Positions 9,865 through 19,341 are shown, numbered from the stretch's first letter. The stretch: DNA of 64,000 nucleotides from Polyangiales bacterium (GCA_045106895.1 JBGCFM010000024.1:77931-141930); one strand, 5' to 3'. A program made the numbers and translations. The notes: generated by a model not told the origin, from the sequence alone.

Positions 9865-11766
9865 TTAGAAACCGGGGTCGCGGGCGAGGCTGGGGCGCAT
9901 CGTCGGCGCACTGAGGCGCGGACCTTCGCGTTCCATCACCGCAGCTTCGCGCACCGCTGTTTCTACAGCGCTCATCTGGCTCATCACCGTGCGCGGCTCG
10001 CGGCTCTCGCGGGCCACCGCGGGCGCAGCTTGTTCCATGGACGGCGTCTCCACTTCAGTCTCCGGCGGTGGAGCGATGGCTTCGCTGACCACGAGCAGGT
10101 CCAGAGGTGTCGCCGTCGCGAGGGAGCGCTCCCAGGTCTCAAAGCCGTCCGCACGCACCGTGATGGTGTGCTCGGCTCCGTCCCCAGGAAACGAGATCGT
10201 ATCGCCTTCAATGGCGACGGGCTCGCCATCCACGCTCGCGCTGGCGCCGGAAGGAAGGCCGTGGAGTCGGAGAGCCACCGGTTCGGCGCTCTCCGCTTCT
10301 TCAGCGGGTTCTGGCTCGTCGGGCTCGAGCTCCCCCTCGGGCTCTTCTATGACTTCGCCAGGATCATCGAGGACAGCGGCGGTCGCGGGCTCCGCGCTGG
10401 GTCCGGGCTCTGGAGACCGGCTCATCAGAAAGAACCCCGCGGTGCCCAGTGCGGCGACGAGGCCAAGGAGAAGCCAAGCCTTACTTCCCCCTGCTTGCTC
10501 CGGCGCGGCGACCATTGGAGCCGGCTGCGGTCTCGACGGCATGGCCGTTGGTGTGACCTCCTCCATCATGTCACTGACGCTCAGGCGCATCTCGGGATCG
10601 ACGGGGAGCTCCTCGGCGAGGGCGTCTGTCAGGCTGATACGCATCCCTGGGTCGGCGGGCGGTTCCGAGAAACGCTGACTGATCACGCGTCCCTCAGGAG
10701 CAGGGCGCGACGGAGCCATGTTCACCTGTTCCGGCGGAATGCTGGTGAGGTCGCCATCTTCATCTTCATCGTCCTCGTCCTCGTCCTCGTCGGCCAAGGC
10801 GATGCCGACGGGCATCAGAGACACGCGGCCCATCTCCATCTCGTCCAGCGACAGCTCGTCGAGCTCTTCCTCCTCGTCTGGCAGCAACGCGACGCCGACG
10901 GGGGGCGCCGAGAGTGGACGCATCGCGGCGGGCTTTGCTTTCGTTCGAAACCCCGTCGTGGCGCTCTCGATCCCGTCTCGCGCGACCTTCGCGGCTTCCA
11001 TCCAGGCCCGTCGCATCGCTGCGATATTGGCGTGTCGCTCCTGCGGTTCTTCGACCAGCGCGCGCTCGATGACAGCAACGAGACCCGCGGGGAGCTTCGG
11101 TGCGTTCTCGCGAAGCGTCGAGCCGCCGTCCGGAAGCTCATCGGAGCAGATCAGATGCAGTAGGATTCCCGTCGCGTAGAGATCGGCGCTGTGTCCGCCC
11201 ATCCCCCGTGCTTCTTCCGGCGCGCGGAAGGCGAGAGTCCTCGCAAGCCCCGACTCTTCGCGCCACTCCGGGTGCGACTGTCGAGCGAGGGTTCGGTTGA
11301 GCCCAAAACCAATGAGCTTCGGTGTTCCCTCCGGGGTCATCAGAACATTGCCGGGTTCCAAGTCGCCGTGAGTTACGCCGGCGCGGTGCGCTGCCTGCAG
11401 TCCATCGAGTAGCCCAGACGCGACGCGAATACGTTCCGCGCCACTGTGCTCACCGCTGAGCCAGTCATGGAGGCTCTCTCCGTCGACGTGCTCCATCGCT
11501 GCGAAGGGACGACCAGCACGCGTGCGTCCCACATTGAGCACGCGAACGACGTGGGGGTGATTTACTTTCTGCAGCAATCCCATGTCTCGGCGAAAGCGCG
11601 TGGCCGTTCGTTTCCGAAGGTCGGCGTCGCTCAGGTTCTCAAGGTCGAGGACCGCGACCGCCGCCGGCTTCCCTCCTTTGAGGGTCTCGGCCTGCCAAAC
11701 CGCACCGGCGAGGTTCCTGCCGAGCGGGAGTTTTAGCGAATAGAGGTCCTCAAGTTGGGCGTGCAT
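9865..11766 (-). CDS. Membrane Ser/Thr kinase-like protein (probable pseudokinase) with C-terminal PEGA-like domain
   Basis: Kinase fold (HPHVVRV, AMEHVDGESL, HGDLEPGNVL, KLIGFG, APE, ADLYATG), acidic/Pro linker, TM helix, ITVRADGFETW. Start could be 11766 or 11799. Confidence 0.85.
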   Translation of the reverse strand: MHAQLEDLYSLKLPLGRNLAGAVWQAETLKGGKPAAVAVLDLENLSDADLRKRTATRFRRDMGLLQKVNHPHVVRVLNVGRTRAGRPFAAMEHVDGESLHDWLSGEHSGAERIRVASGLLDGLQAAHRAGVTHGDLEPGNVLMTPEGTPKLIGFGLNRTLARQSHPEWREESGLARTLAFRAPEEARGMGGHSADLYATGILLHLICSDELPDGGSTLRENAPKLPAGLVAVIERALVEEPQERHANIAAMRRAWMEAAKVARDGIESATTGFRTKAKPAAMRPLSAPPVGVALLPDEEEELDELSLDEMEMGRVSLMPVGIALADEDEDEDDEDEDGDLTSIPPEQVNMAPSRPAPEGRVISQRFSEPPADPGMRISLTDALAEELPVDPEMRLSVSDMMEEVTPTAMPSRPQPAPMVAAPEQAGGSKAWLLLGLVAALGTAGFFLMSRSPEPGPSAEPATAAVLDDPGEVIEEPEGELEPDEPEPAEEAESAEPVALRLHGLPSGASASVDGEPVAIEGDTISFPGDGAEHTITVRADGFETWERSLATATPLDLLVVSEAIAPPPETEVETPSMEQAAPAVARESREPRTVMSQMSAVETAVREAAVMEREGPRLSAPTMRPSLARDPGF

Positions 11767-11792
11767 GCGCGTCCATTGTAGGATCGCTTGCG

Positions 11793-12602
11793 ATGCCACG
11801 TCACTTTAGTGTCCCAATCATGCTTTTTGCCCTGTCTCTTGCTGGATCTTTGGCCCTTCCAGCGCTCGGATCGGCGCAAACGGACCGCGAACTGTCGGAG
11901 GCACGAGGCTGGTTCACCGAAGGAATCGCCCATTCTGAGGCTGGGCGCTACGAGGAGGCGGTCACGGCTTTCCGCCGCGTGCTCGCCACCATCGACTCCC
12001 CACCAGTTCGCTACAACCTAGCGCTCAACCTCTATGAGCTCTCGCGGATTCGCGAGGCGGACGAACATGTGCAGTCCATCTTGGACAGCCAAGAGACCGA
12101 CGCCGCCGTTCGCTCCGACGCCACCGACCTCCGTCTTCACATCGAAGAGGTCGGCGGCCGCGTGCGCATCGACGTCGTCGGCGTTCCCGAGGGGCTCTAC
12201 GATGTTGAACTCGATGGTCAGCACCTCGCATCGCGCGACGTCGGTCGGAGTCTTCGCGTTCGCGTCGGCGCCCACAACATCGACGTGATTCGTAGCGGAG
12301 AGACCGTGGCGAGCGAGAGCGCCAACGTGGTCCAAGGGGAGACGGCGGTGGTGAGCGTCGACCTCAGCGTCCCGGACCCGGCCGAAGCCGCGGCAACGGT
12401 GGTGCCGCCGGTGGTGGAAGAGCCGCCTCCCGAAGAGTCCTCCTCAGTTCTTGGACGCTGGCAGTTCTGGGCCGTGACCGGCGCGGTGATCGTCGTCGCC
12501 GCCGCCGTCATCGCTAGCGTTGTGGTTCTCAGCAAGCCCACTGACACCTCCGATATGCCCACCGTCGGTAACTTTGAACCCGGGCTGATCACCTTCCGAT
12601 GA
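11793..12602 (+). CDS. Exported TPR + PEGA-like protein with C-terminal TM anchor
   Basis: Signal peptide; ARGWFTEG...GRYEEA...YNLA TPR; beta domain; RWQFWAVTGAVIVV TM segment. Confidence 0.8.
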   Translation: MPRHFSVPIMLFALSLAGSLALPALGSAQTDRELSEARGWFTEGIAHSEAGRYEEAVTAFRRVLATIDSPPVRYNLALNLYELSRIREADEHVQSILDSQETDAAVRSDATDLRLHIEEVGGRVRIDVVGVPEGLYDVELDGQHLASRDVGRSLRVRVGAHNIDVIRSGETVASESANVVQGETAVVSVDLSVPDPAEAAATVVPPVVEEPPPEESSSVLGRWQFWAVTGAVIVVAAAVIASVVVLSKPTDTSDMPTVGNFEPGLITFR

Positions 12603-13120
12603 AGTTTAGAATCATGAAGACGTCCACGTTCTGTTTTGCGCTGATGAGCGCTGTGTTGCTCTCATGCGCGCCGGACATCGAGCCCACGGAGGTGGTCTTG
12701 GTCATCGACAGCGACCTCGTCGCGCCAACGCAGGTAGACAGCCTGGACGTTGCCGTGTTCACCGCGGGGGGCGAAGAGATGAACTCCTTCGCGACGCTGG
12801 GCGTCGGCGACGTGCGTTTTCCGCGCACACTTGGTGTCCAGAACATCAACACGCGTCTCGAAGGCTATCGCGTCGAGGCACGCGCCCGATTCGGCGGCGC
12901 CATCGTGGTGACGCGAACGGCGACCTTCGACTTCGTCCGTGACCGATCCATGGAGCTGCGGCTCTTCTTGCCGGCGGCCTGCGAAGACGTTCGCTGCGAG
13001 GGCGGCCTGACCTGCACCGAGGGTGGCGTCTGCCGGAGCACGGACGTCGATCTTCAAGCGTGGACGGGCAGCCCGTCTGGCATTCAGGTGTCCCTCGACG
13101 CCGGCGCCGACTCCATGTGA
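12599..13120 (+). CDS. Hypothetical lipoprotein with Cys-rich C-terminus
   Basis: Lipobox VLLSC; TEVVLVIDSDL; C-x3-C-x5-C-x5-C; ATGA overlap. Confidence 0.75.
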   Translation: MKFRIMKTSTFCFALMSAVLLSCAPDIEPTEVVLVIDSDLVAPTQVDSLDVAVFTAGGEEMNSFATLGVGDVRFPRTLGVQNINTRLEGYRVEARARFGGAIVVTRTATFDFVRDRSMELRLFLPAACEDVRCEGGLTCTEGGVCRSTDVDLQAWTGSPSGIQVSLDAGADSM

Positions 13121-13124
13121 GCGC

Positions 13125-13631
13125 CTAGGGCGCAAAGTCGTACACGAAGGCTTCTACGCCGCGCGCGCCGAGCTGGCGCTGCACGATGGGGCCGACTCTG
13201 TCCCAGGTGCCACCGGCGAGGCCGCAGCCGATGCGAGGCATGTGTACCGACGCGCCACGTTCAAGGGCAAAGTCGCCCACGCTCGCGAGCGCTTCTTTCA
13301 CCGCGCGGTAACGAATCGGCGGGCCGTCCTTTGTCGCTTTGATGGTGTGCTGCCCGACCATATTGGCGACCCAGAGCTGCTCTTCCACCTCGACGAAGCG
13401 GACTGCCCCGAGGGCAAAGTCGTTCTTGTGACGTCCTTTGTACCAGGCGCGAAAGTCAGCCTCGGGCTGTCTCCAGCGTTTCGAGACGGCGACAACGAAG
13501 CCTGAGCCCCAGCCGCCAATGTCGTTGCAGATATGCGCGATGACGCGCGGGCCACTCCCCACGGGCGCCGTGGCGTCGCCGTTTAGCACCGTGAGCTTCG
13601 TGTTCTTGCTGGTCTTCGTTGCTTTGGCCAT
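13125..13631 (-). CDS. Macrodomain protein (Poa1p/TARG1-like ADP-ribose-processing class)
   Basis: GDAT, IAHICNDIGGWGSGF and MPRIGCGLAGGTW motifs. Confidence 0.9.
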   Translation of the reverse strand: MAKATKTSKNTKLTVLNGDATAPVGSGPRVIAHICNDIGGWGSGFVVAVSKRWRQPEADFRAWYKGRHKNDFALGAVRFVEVEEQLWVANMVGQHTIKATKDGPPIRYRAVKEALASVGDFALERGASVHMPRIGCGLAGGTWDRVGPIVQRQLGARGVEAFVYDFAP

Positions 13632-13633
13632 CG

Positions 13634-14323
13634 CTACACCTCGAACCCTCTGCCTGCTTTCGCGCGGCGTTTGTATTTTCGTTCGTCGAATCGGTACAGA
13701 CGCGCGGCTCGGTGGGCGACGTCGCGTTCCACCTCGTCGAGTTCTTCCAGCACGTCCATCGCGAGGATCTTTTTGCGGAAATTGCGCCGGTCGAGGGGAG
13801 TTTCGAGGACGGTCTCGTAGAGTCCACGCAGTTGGCTCAGGGTGAACTTCTTGGGAAGCAGTTCAAAGCCGATGGGCTCGCGGCGCACCTTCGTCTTTAG
13901 CCGCTCAAGAGCTTGCTGGACGATGAGTTCGTGGTCGAAGGCGAGGGAAGGAACATCCCACACAGCAAACCAGCGGGCGTCGCAGGCGTCCGTGGCGGCT
14001 TGGATGCGGTGGTCGCGCAGACGGACGAGGGCGTAGTAGGCGACGGTGACGACCCGGCCTCGGGGATCGCGCCCCACGTCGTCGAAGGTGCTCAGCTGCT
14101 CCAGGTAGGAGCTGGAAAGTCCCGTCTCTTCCTCCAGCTCACGCCGCGCCGCCTCGGGAAGGTCTTCGTCCATGTGGACGAAACCGCCGGGCAAAGCCCA
14201 TGAGCCTTCAAAGGGCGGAACGCCGCGCTCGATGAGGAGGATCTTCAGGTCCTCGTCATCGATGCCAAAGACCACGCAGTCCACGGTGAGAGCGGGGCGA
14301 GGATATTCGTAGGTATGGGTCAC
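13634..14323 (-). CDS. nrtR: NrtR-type regulator (Nudix + winged helix)
   Basis: Nudix box [38 protein letters not shown]; w[14 protein letters not shown]...DRRNFRKK...ARLYRF. Confidence 0.9.
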   Translation of the reverse strand: MTHTYEYPRPALTVDCVVFGIDDEDLKILLIERGVPPFEGSWALPGGFVHMDEDLPEAARRELEEETGLSSSYLEQLSTFDDVGRDPRGRVVTVAYYALVRLRDHRIQAATDACDARWFAVWDVPSLAFDHELIVQQALERLKTKVRREPIGFELLPKKFTLSQLRGLYETVLETPLDRRNFRKKILAMDVLEELDEVERDVAHRAARLYRFDERKYKRRAKAGRGFEV

Positions 14324-14340
14324 AGTTCTGAAGGCCCGTT

Positions 14341-14392
14341 TCTCTTTGCGTAGATGATACGCATAGCTTAGCGTATGTCATACACAAAGAGA
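14341..14392. promoter_or_regulatory. Two tandem NrtR-type operators in the divergent nrtR/DUF4291 promoter
   Basis: TGCGTA-GATGA-TACGCA (14347-14363) and AGCGTA-TGTCA-TACACA (14370-14386), each with a GT-N7-AC core. The flanks TCTCTTTG...CAAAGAGA extend the dyad. Confidence 0.75.
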
Positions 14393-14399
14393 AAACGAA

Positions 14400-15011
14400 A
14401 TGAAATTAGAGACACGAAACTACGAAGAGCAGCAAAAGGAGTGGCCCCAGGAAGGGCGTCATATCCTCGCTCACTACGATGACGAGAGCGTCGTCGTCTA
14501 CCAGGCGTACTCACCGCGCATTGGCCACTTCGCTGCGAAGCACGGCTACTTCGGTGGCGACTTTTCCTACGGACGCATGAGCTGGATCAAACCCAACTTC
14601 CTCTGGATGATGTACCGCTCCGGCTGGGGCGTGAAGCAGGACCAAGAGGTAACGCTCGCCGTGCGGCTCAAGCGGGAAGGCTTCGACACGATTCTCCGGA
14701 GCGCCGTTCCATCGAGCGCGAGCCGGGGAGAGATCAAGAACTCGGACATACGTCTCCAGTGGGATCCTGATCACGGACCCGACGGCGCGAACCAAGCGCG
14801 ACGAGCGATTCAGCTGGGACTCCGCGGCGAGGCCCTCAAGCGTTATGGCCGCGAGTGGATCGTGTCTATTGAAGACATCTCGGAGTTCGTCGCGCAGCAG
14901 CGAGCATACGTGGACGAACACTCGCGCTTAAGAACGCCGAAGGAACGTATTTATCCACCGGCGGATGAAGAGACCGCCCAGCGACTTCGCATAGAGAGAC
15001 CAATGCGATGA
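14400..15011 (+). CDS. DUF4291 family protein
   Basis: VYQAY, RMSWIKPNFLWMMYRSGWGVK..QE, RLQWDPDH, RRAIQLGLRG. Confidence 0.9.
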   Translation: MKLETRNYEEQQKEWPQEGRHILAHYDDESVVVYQAYSPRIGHFAAKHGYFGGDFSYGRMSWIKPNFLWMMYRSGWGVKQDQEVTLAVRLKREGFDTILRSAVPSSASRGEIKNSDIRLQWDPDHGPDGANQARRAIQLGLRGEALKRYGREWIVSIEDISEFVAQQRAYVDEHSRLRTPKERIYPPADEETAQRLRIERPMR

Positions 15012-15424
15012 ATCCCTTCTTCGCGCTCGGTGGTGTTCTTACGGTTTCGGCCTTTTCTTGGGCTTGGGCCCAGCCTTGGATTGCGCGGCGTCGGCACGAG
15101 CAGTACCTCGCGGGGCTCTTGCTTGAACCCCTCGAGACGCTGGCCGAGCGGATAAAGAACACGCTTCGTTCGCCGGGTTGGGGCTGGGAGAGTTTCTCCG
15201 CTGCGCAGAGGATTCTCGCAGGGAACGCGTGGACCGAGCAGATGCTACTCGACGGGTTGAAGGAGCTTCAGCAGGAAGTGGCGGCGTCGGACCAAGCGGC
15301 GGGACGTAGTGGCCGGGATTGCGACCGGTTCCATTACTACGACTGTGGGCTTATGGGTTTCTACGAAGCGTTGATCCAGCGTCTCGCACACGGAGACGGA
15401 ACGAAGAAGACCCAGAAGCGTTAG
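15008..15424 (+). CDS. Hypothetical protein with N-terminal TM helix
   Basis: ATGA overlap with DUF4291; hydrophobic N-terminus. Confidence 0.6.
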   Translation: MNPFFALGGVLTVSAFSWAWAQPWIARRRHEQYLAGLLLEPLETLAERIKNTLRSPGWGWESFSAAQRILAGNAWTEQMLLDGLKELQQEVAASDQAAGRSGRDCDRFHYYDCGLMGFYEALIQRLAHGDGTKKTQKR

Positions 15425-15456
15425 CCCCTGGGTCTTGGTCGTTGCTCTAACGAGTC

Positions 15457-16395
15457 TTAGAGAGCGCGAAGCTTGCGCTCTGCGTCCTTGCGGAGCGTGA
15501 GCCACATGAAGTTTCGAAGGTCGAAGAGGTCGACGGGGTTGAGCCCGGCTTCCTTGAGCGTCTTGCTCGCGTCGATGGTCATCTGCTCGAGGAGCTCGTA
15601 GGTGCCGAGGTCCGGCGTCATCTCAAGCTGAAGCTTGGGCATGAGGCTACGTGCCTGGTCGCGGAACGCCGTTGGGCGAATGCAGACGTGGGCGTGTGGA
15701 TCGACGAGAGCCGCGAGGGACGTCGACAGAGCCCAGGTGGGTCGCACCTTGGCGGAGTGAAGCGCTTCGAGGAAGCGGTTGAAGCGGTCGGCGTACGCGC
15801 CTTCTCCGTGGAGGAGGTCGTAGGCGCCGATGCCCACAAGCTTTTCGCCCACTTCGCTGTCGATGCCGGTGATGGCTTTGCGCTCAGCGGAGGAGAGAAG
15901 GTCGGTTCCGAGGACAACGCCACGAACGGCGTCGAGGATTCCGGTCCAGTCTTCTGCCTCGCGAAGAGGTTCCATGACCTCCTTGGCCAGCGCGGTCTTC
16001 ACCTTCTCGATGGCTGGGTCGATGTGCGCGCGCTTGCTCGTCGTCTCGCTGGAGCGGTACGCCTTGCGGTAGCGCTCTTCGGCGAAGCCTTCCGGCAACG
16101 CTGCGCGGAAAAGCGCAATCTGATCGCCGAAGGTCATGGACGCCTTCACGCGGCCATCGCGTGCAGCCGACGAGAGGTCGTTGTGACGCAGAAGAGTGCG
16201 AAGCTTACGAACCGACGCCTTCGCGTCGTCTTCGGCAGGGTTTACAGGTTCGAGGAGCGAGTAAAAGCGCTCTGAGATCGAACGCACCTGGCCATCTTCA
16301 AACTGGTACTGGCGGCGGTCTTCTGTTTCAGAGGCCAGAACAGCGCGGCCCCACTCGGGTCGGGCCTTGTGAATAAACAGCTGCTGATGAGACAA
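15457..16395 (-). CDS. Hypothetical protein
   Basis: 312-aa ORF with natural composition; N-terminal H..RPEWG.A...R.YQFEDG SH3-like beta motif. Confidence 0.7.
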   Translation of the reverse strand: MSHQQLFIHKARPEWGRAVLASETEDRRQYQFEDGQVRSISERFYSLLEPVNPAEDDAKASVRKLRTLLRHNDLSSAARDGRVKASMTFGDQIALFRAALPEGFAEERYRKAYRSSETTSKRAHIDPAIEKVKTALAKEVMEPLREAEDWTGILDAVRGVVLGTDLLSSAERKAITGIDSEVGEKLVGIGAYDLLHGEGAYADRFNRFLEALHSAKVRPTWALSTSLAALVDPHAHVCIRPTAFRDQARSLMPKLQLEMTPDLGTYELLEQMTIDASKTLKEAGLNPVDLFDLRNFMWLTLRKDAERKLRAL

Positions 16396-16525
16396 GCGAG
16401 ACGCTCCTATCGCGGCAAAGCCTTAGGTGTCGCCCCACGCGAGACCGCTTTGCTGGAGGGATGGTCTAGCCCAAAACAAGCCACTGTCGAGGCGTAGGGA
16501 TCACGAAAGATGCCAAAAAACGCAC

Positions 16526-16562
16526 AAAAAACGCCCTCAGCGGGGCTGAGGGCGCTCTTTTT
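16526..16562. terminator. Intrinsic, possibly bidirectional, terminator downstream of the Spy/CpxP gene
   Basis: AAAAAA-CGCCCTCAGC-GGG-GCTGAGGGCG-ctcttttt: perfect 10-bp stem with A- and T-rich flanks. Confidence 0.8.
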
Positions 16563-16577
16563 GATGTTGAAAGTCGT

Positions 16578-17321
16578 TTACTGGGCGCTAGGACCGCCCC
16601 GGCGACCGTGGCCTCGGCCTCTCCGGCCATGGCGTCCGCGCTCTCCGCGCTCGGCCCGACGCGCCGTGCGAATCGCTTTTTGCTCGTCGGTGAGGACGTT
16701 GTTGATGGCACTCCGGGTGCGCTCACGGACGGCCTGTGTCGCGCCTGCAGCATCTCCGTTTCGCCGGGCCTGGGCGCGGTCGGTGTGGGACTGCTCAAGA
16801 ATCGAGGTGACACGCTGAGCTTGGGCGGGGGTGAGAGAGAGGTGTTCCGTCATTCGCTCGACACGATGCGTGAGTCGTTCCGCCTGACGTGTGCTGCGAA
16901 GGGTCTGCAGCTGAGTGCGTTGCGCAGGGGTCAGTACCTCACCGACCAAGCGGCGACTCTCGCTTCGTAGTGCGCGAAGTGCGCTTCGGTTTGCTTCGGT
17001 GCGCTCGGCTCCGCGGAGAGCGCGCATCTGTTCGCGGCTGCTCTGGCGGATAGCGCGAATCTGTTCCTTCTGGTTGTCGCTGAGGTCTACCTGCCGCAGA
17101 AGGCCATGGCCTCGGTGGCCTCGGTGAGCGCGACGACCTCGTCGTGCCGGGGTGCCTTCAGCTCGTTCGCCGCGGCTGCCACGTCGGGCGCGTCGGTTTG
17201 GACGCTCGGAGCTCTCTGCGGCGGAATCGGTGCCCTGAGCGAAGCTCACCTCCGGCGCTACAAAGGCGCCAAGGGCCAGCGAGAGGGCGAGGGGAGTGAG
17301 AATCTTGAGGGGGCTCTTCAT
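16578..17321 (-). CDS. Spy/CpxP (LTXXQ motif) periplasmic chaperone-like protein
   Basis: Signal peptide; LSDNQ, LTPAQ (x2), LTDEQ motifs; AGGA upstream of ATG 17321. Confidence 0.85.
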   Translation of the reverse strand: MKSPLKILTPLALSLALGAFVAPEVSFAQGTDSAAESSERPNRRARRGSRGERAEGTPARRGRRAHRGHRGHGLLRQVDLSDNQKEQIRAIRQSSREQMRALRGAERTEANRSALRALRSESRRLVGEVLTPAQRTQLQTLRSTRQAERLTHRVERMTEHLSLTPAQAQRVTSILEQSHTDRAQARRNGDAAGATQAVRERTRSAINNVLTDEQKAIRTARRAERGERGRHGRRGRGHGRRGGPSAQ

Positions 17322-17504
17322 GGTGCGTTTCCTTTCGAGGACTTGGGCCTCGTAAGAAGAGACGCTTCGGTTCTGAAGCAAACCTTAAGCAGCCCTCGAA
17401 GTACGAATCGTAAAACGACGAAAAGCCCATTGATTACATGTGGATACGCTTTCTTAAGAAAGATCGACATTCTCTAAAATATTGTTGATAAGCGCCAAAG
17501 TGGT

Positions 17505-18029
17505 ATGAGCTGGAGGATGACAAAGACTCTTGTTTTAGTACTTAGCGGCCTCCTCTTTTGCGCATGTGGGGATGACGACAGCGTTACCGACTCTGGGCCT
17601 GCGACCCCAGACGCCACCGAAGGCATGGACGCCGGACCGGGTGACGACGATGCGGGTCCCGACGAAGAGGACGCCGGTCCCGACGAAGAGGATGCAGGTC
17701 CGATCACCACCGACGCTGGCCCTCAGGATGTAGGCGTCGACGCGCCCTCTTCCCCGGATGCCGGCCCGATGTGCCTGCTCAACAGCGACTGCCCTGACAC
17801 CGACCTCTGCGCCGAAGTTGAGCCCGGCACGGAGATGTCTTTCTGCATCCCCGGTGAGCGCGGAACGACGCCATACGGCGACGCGTGCACGACAAGCGAG
17901 CAGTGCGTGAGCGGCGCTTGCCTTGAGGACTTCTGCACACAGGAATGCGCTGCGGAAGACGCGTGCCCCAACGACAACTTGCCACGTTGCTCGCCCGGCC
18001 TGGGACTCTGCGTTCCTGCTGCTGAGTGA
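17505..18029 (+). CDS. Lipoprotein with DAG repeats and a Cys-rich C-terminal domain
   Basis: LFCAC-GDDD lipobox; DAGP repeats; 12 Cys in the C-terminal half; overlaps the ccmA start. Confidence 0.75.
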   Translation: MSWRMTKTLVLVLSGLLFCACGDDDSVTDSGPATPDATEGMDAGPGDDDAGPDEEDAGPDEEDAGPITTDAGPQDVGVDAPSSPDAGPMCLLNSDCPDTDLCAEVEPGTEMSFCIPGERGTTPYGDACTTSEQCVSGACLEDFCTQECAAEDACPNDNLPRCSPGLGLCVPAAE

Positions 18030-18664
18030 GCCTCATGTCCCGTACCTTCGATGAGGTTCGCGCAGTCGGCCTCCTGAAGCTCTACGGGACAACCCGTGCT
18101 CTCGCGAGCATCGACGCCGAGTTTCCGGCGGGCGCTACGACCATCGTCGAAGGCCACAACGGAAGCGGCAAGAGCACGCTCGTGCAGATCCTCGCGCAGC
18201 TGGCGCGGCCGACGAAGGGCCGCGTCCACTACGGAGATCTCAAAGCGCGAGAGGCACGTCGCCAGATCGGCCTCGTGTCTCACGCACCCCTTGTTTATAG
18301 TGATCTAAGCGCCCGCGAGAACCTCGAGTTCTTTGCGGGCCTTTATGATGCACCGCTCAGCGCTGTTCAGGAGATGATCGAGCGTTTTGAGCTGACGGCC
18401 ATCGCCGAGCGCGCCCTGAAGACCTACTCCCGCGGTCAGACGCAGCGAGTCTCCCTCGCACGCGCGCTTCTGGCGAAGCCGAAGCTCTTGCTCCTGGACG
18501 AGCCGTCCACAGGCTTGGATGAGTCCGGCACGGAGGGGCTCGCGGAGGTCATCGACGAAGAGAAAAAGCGTGGCGCCATCATCGTCGTGGTTACGCACCA
18601 CCCGGCATTTGCCGAACGAGTCGGCGACCGCACGCTGACGCTGGTCCGGGGCCGGGTGGCATGA
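18026..18664 (+). CDS. ccmA: Heme exporter ABC ATPase CcmA
   Basis: GHNGSGKST, YSRGQTQR, LLLDEPSTGLD, H-loop; directly followed by CcmB. Confidence 0.85.
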   Translation: MSLMSRTFDEVRAVGLLKLYGTTRALASIDAEFPAGATTIVEGHNGSGKSTLVQILAQLARPTKGRVHYGDLKAREARRQIGLVSHAPLVYSDLSARENLEFFAGLYDAPLSAVQEMIERFELTAIAERALKTYSRGQTQRVSLARALLAKPKLLLLDEPSTGLDESGTEGLAEVIDEEKKRGAIIVVVTHHPAFAERVGDRTLTLVRGRVA

Positions 18665-19341
18665 GGGAGTTCTTCAGAAGCACGCGCCAGATCGCCGCGA
18701 AGGACCTCCGCATCGAGTGGAAGACGAAGGAGATCACATACTCCACGGCGCTCTTCGCGACGCTGGTTGTGATCATGGCGTCGCTCTCTTTCTATCTGAC
18801 TCCCTCCCTCGCTCGGCAGATCGCCCCAGGTGTTCTCTGGATCGCCATCACCTTTGGCGGGCTCTTGGCCGTGGGGCGTGGCTGGGCAAGGGAGCGCGAT
18901 GGTGACGCCATGCGGGCGCTTTTGCTTTCGCCAGCGCCACGGGCGTCCATCTACTTCGGCAAGCTGCTCTCCAACTTGTTCTTTCTTCTTGTTGTCGAGG
19001 TCATCATCACGCCGATGGTGGCGCTCTTCTTCCACATCGATCTTTGGGCCGTTCTTGGGCCTCTGGCTCTAATTCTTGTGCTCGGAACGCTTGGTTTCGT
19101 CGCCGCTGCGACGCTCTTCGGTGCGATGACCGTTCGAACCGGCGCCCGCGACCTCGCGCTGAGTGTGGTGGTTTTCCCCCTGATCACTCCAGCTCTCCTG
19201 GCCTCCGTGGTCGCGACGAAGCAGCTCTTTGGCGGGGCGGAGCTCGGTGACACCATGGTCTGGGTCCGAATCCTCCTAGCGTTTGATGTATTCTTCATCG
19301 CAGCGGGCATGGCGCTTTTCGAACCGCTTATGAGCGACTAG
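18661..19341 (+). CDS. ccmB: Heme exporter permease CcmB
   Basis: KDLRIEW, PGVLWI, ERDGDAMRALLLSP, IYFGK, FPLITP; six TM segments. Confidence 0.9.
   Translation: MREFFRSTRQIAAKDLRIEWKTKEITYSTALFATLVVIMASLSFYLTPSLARQIAPGVLWIAITFGGLLAVGRGWARERDGDAMRALLLSPAPRASIYFGKLLSNLFFLLVVEVIITPMVALFFHIDLWAVLGPLALILVLGTLGFVAAATLFGAMTVRTGARDLALSVVVFPLITPALLASVVATKQLFGGAELGDTMVWVRILLAFDVFFIAAGMALFEPLMSD

Noticed and set aside
13125..13631. DarG antitoxin of a DarTG system
   Set aside because: No DarT-like gene is adjacent and the protein lacks the DarG C-terminal domain; the NrtR context fits ADP-ribose metabolism better.
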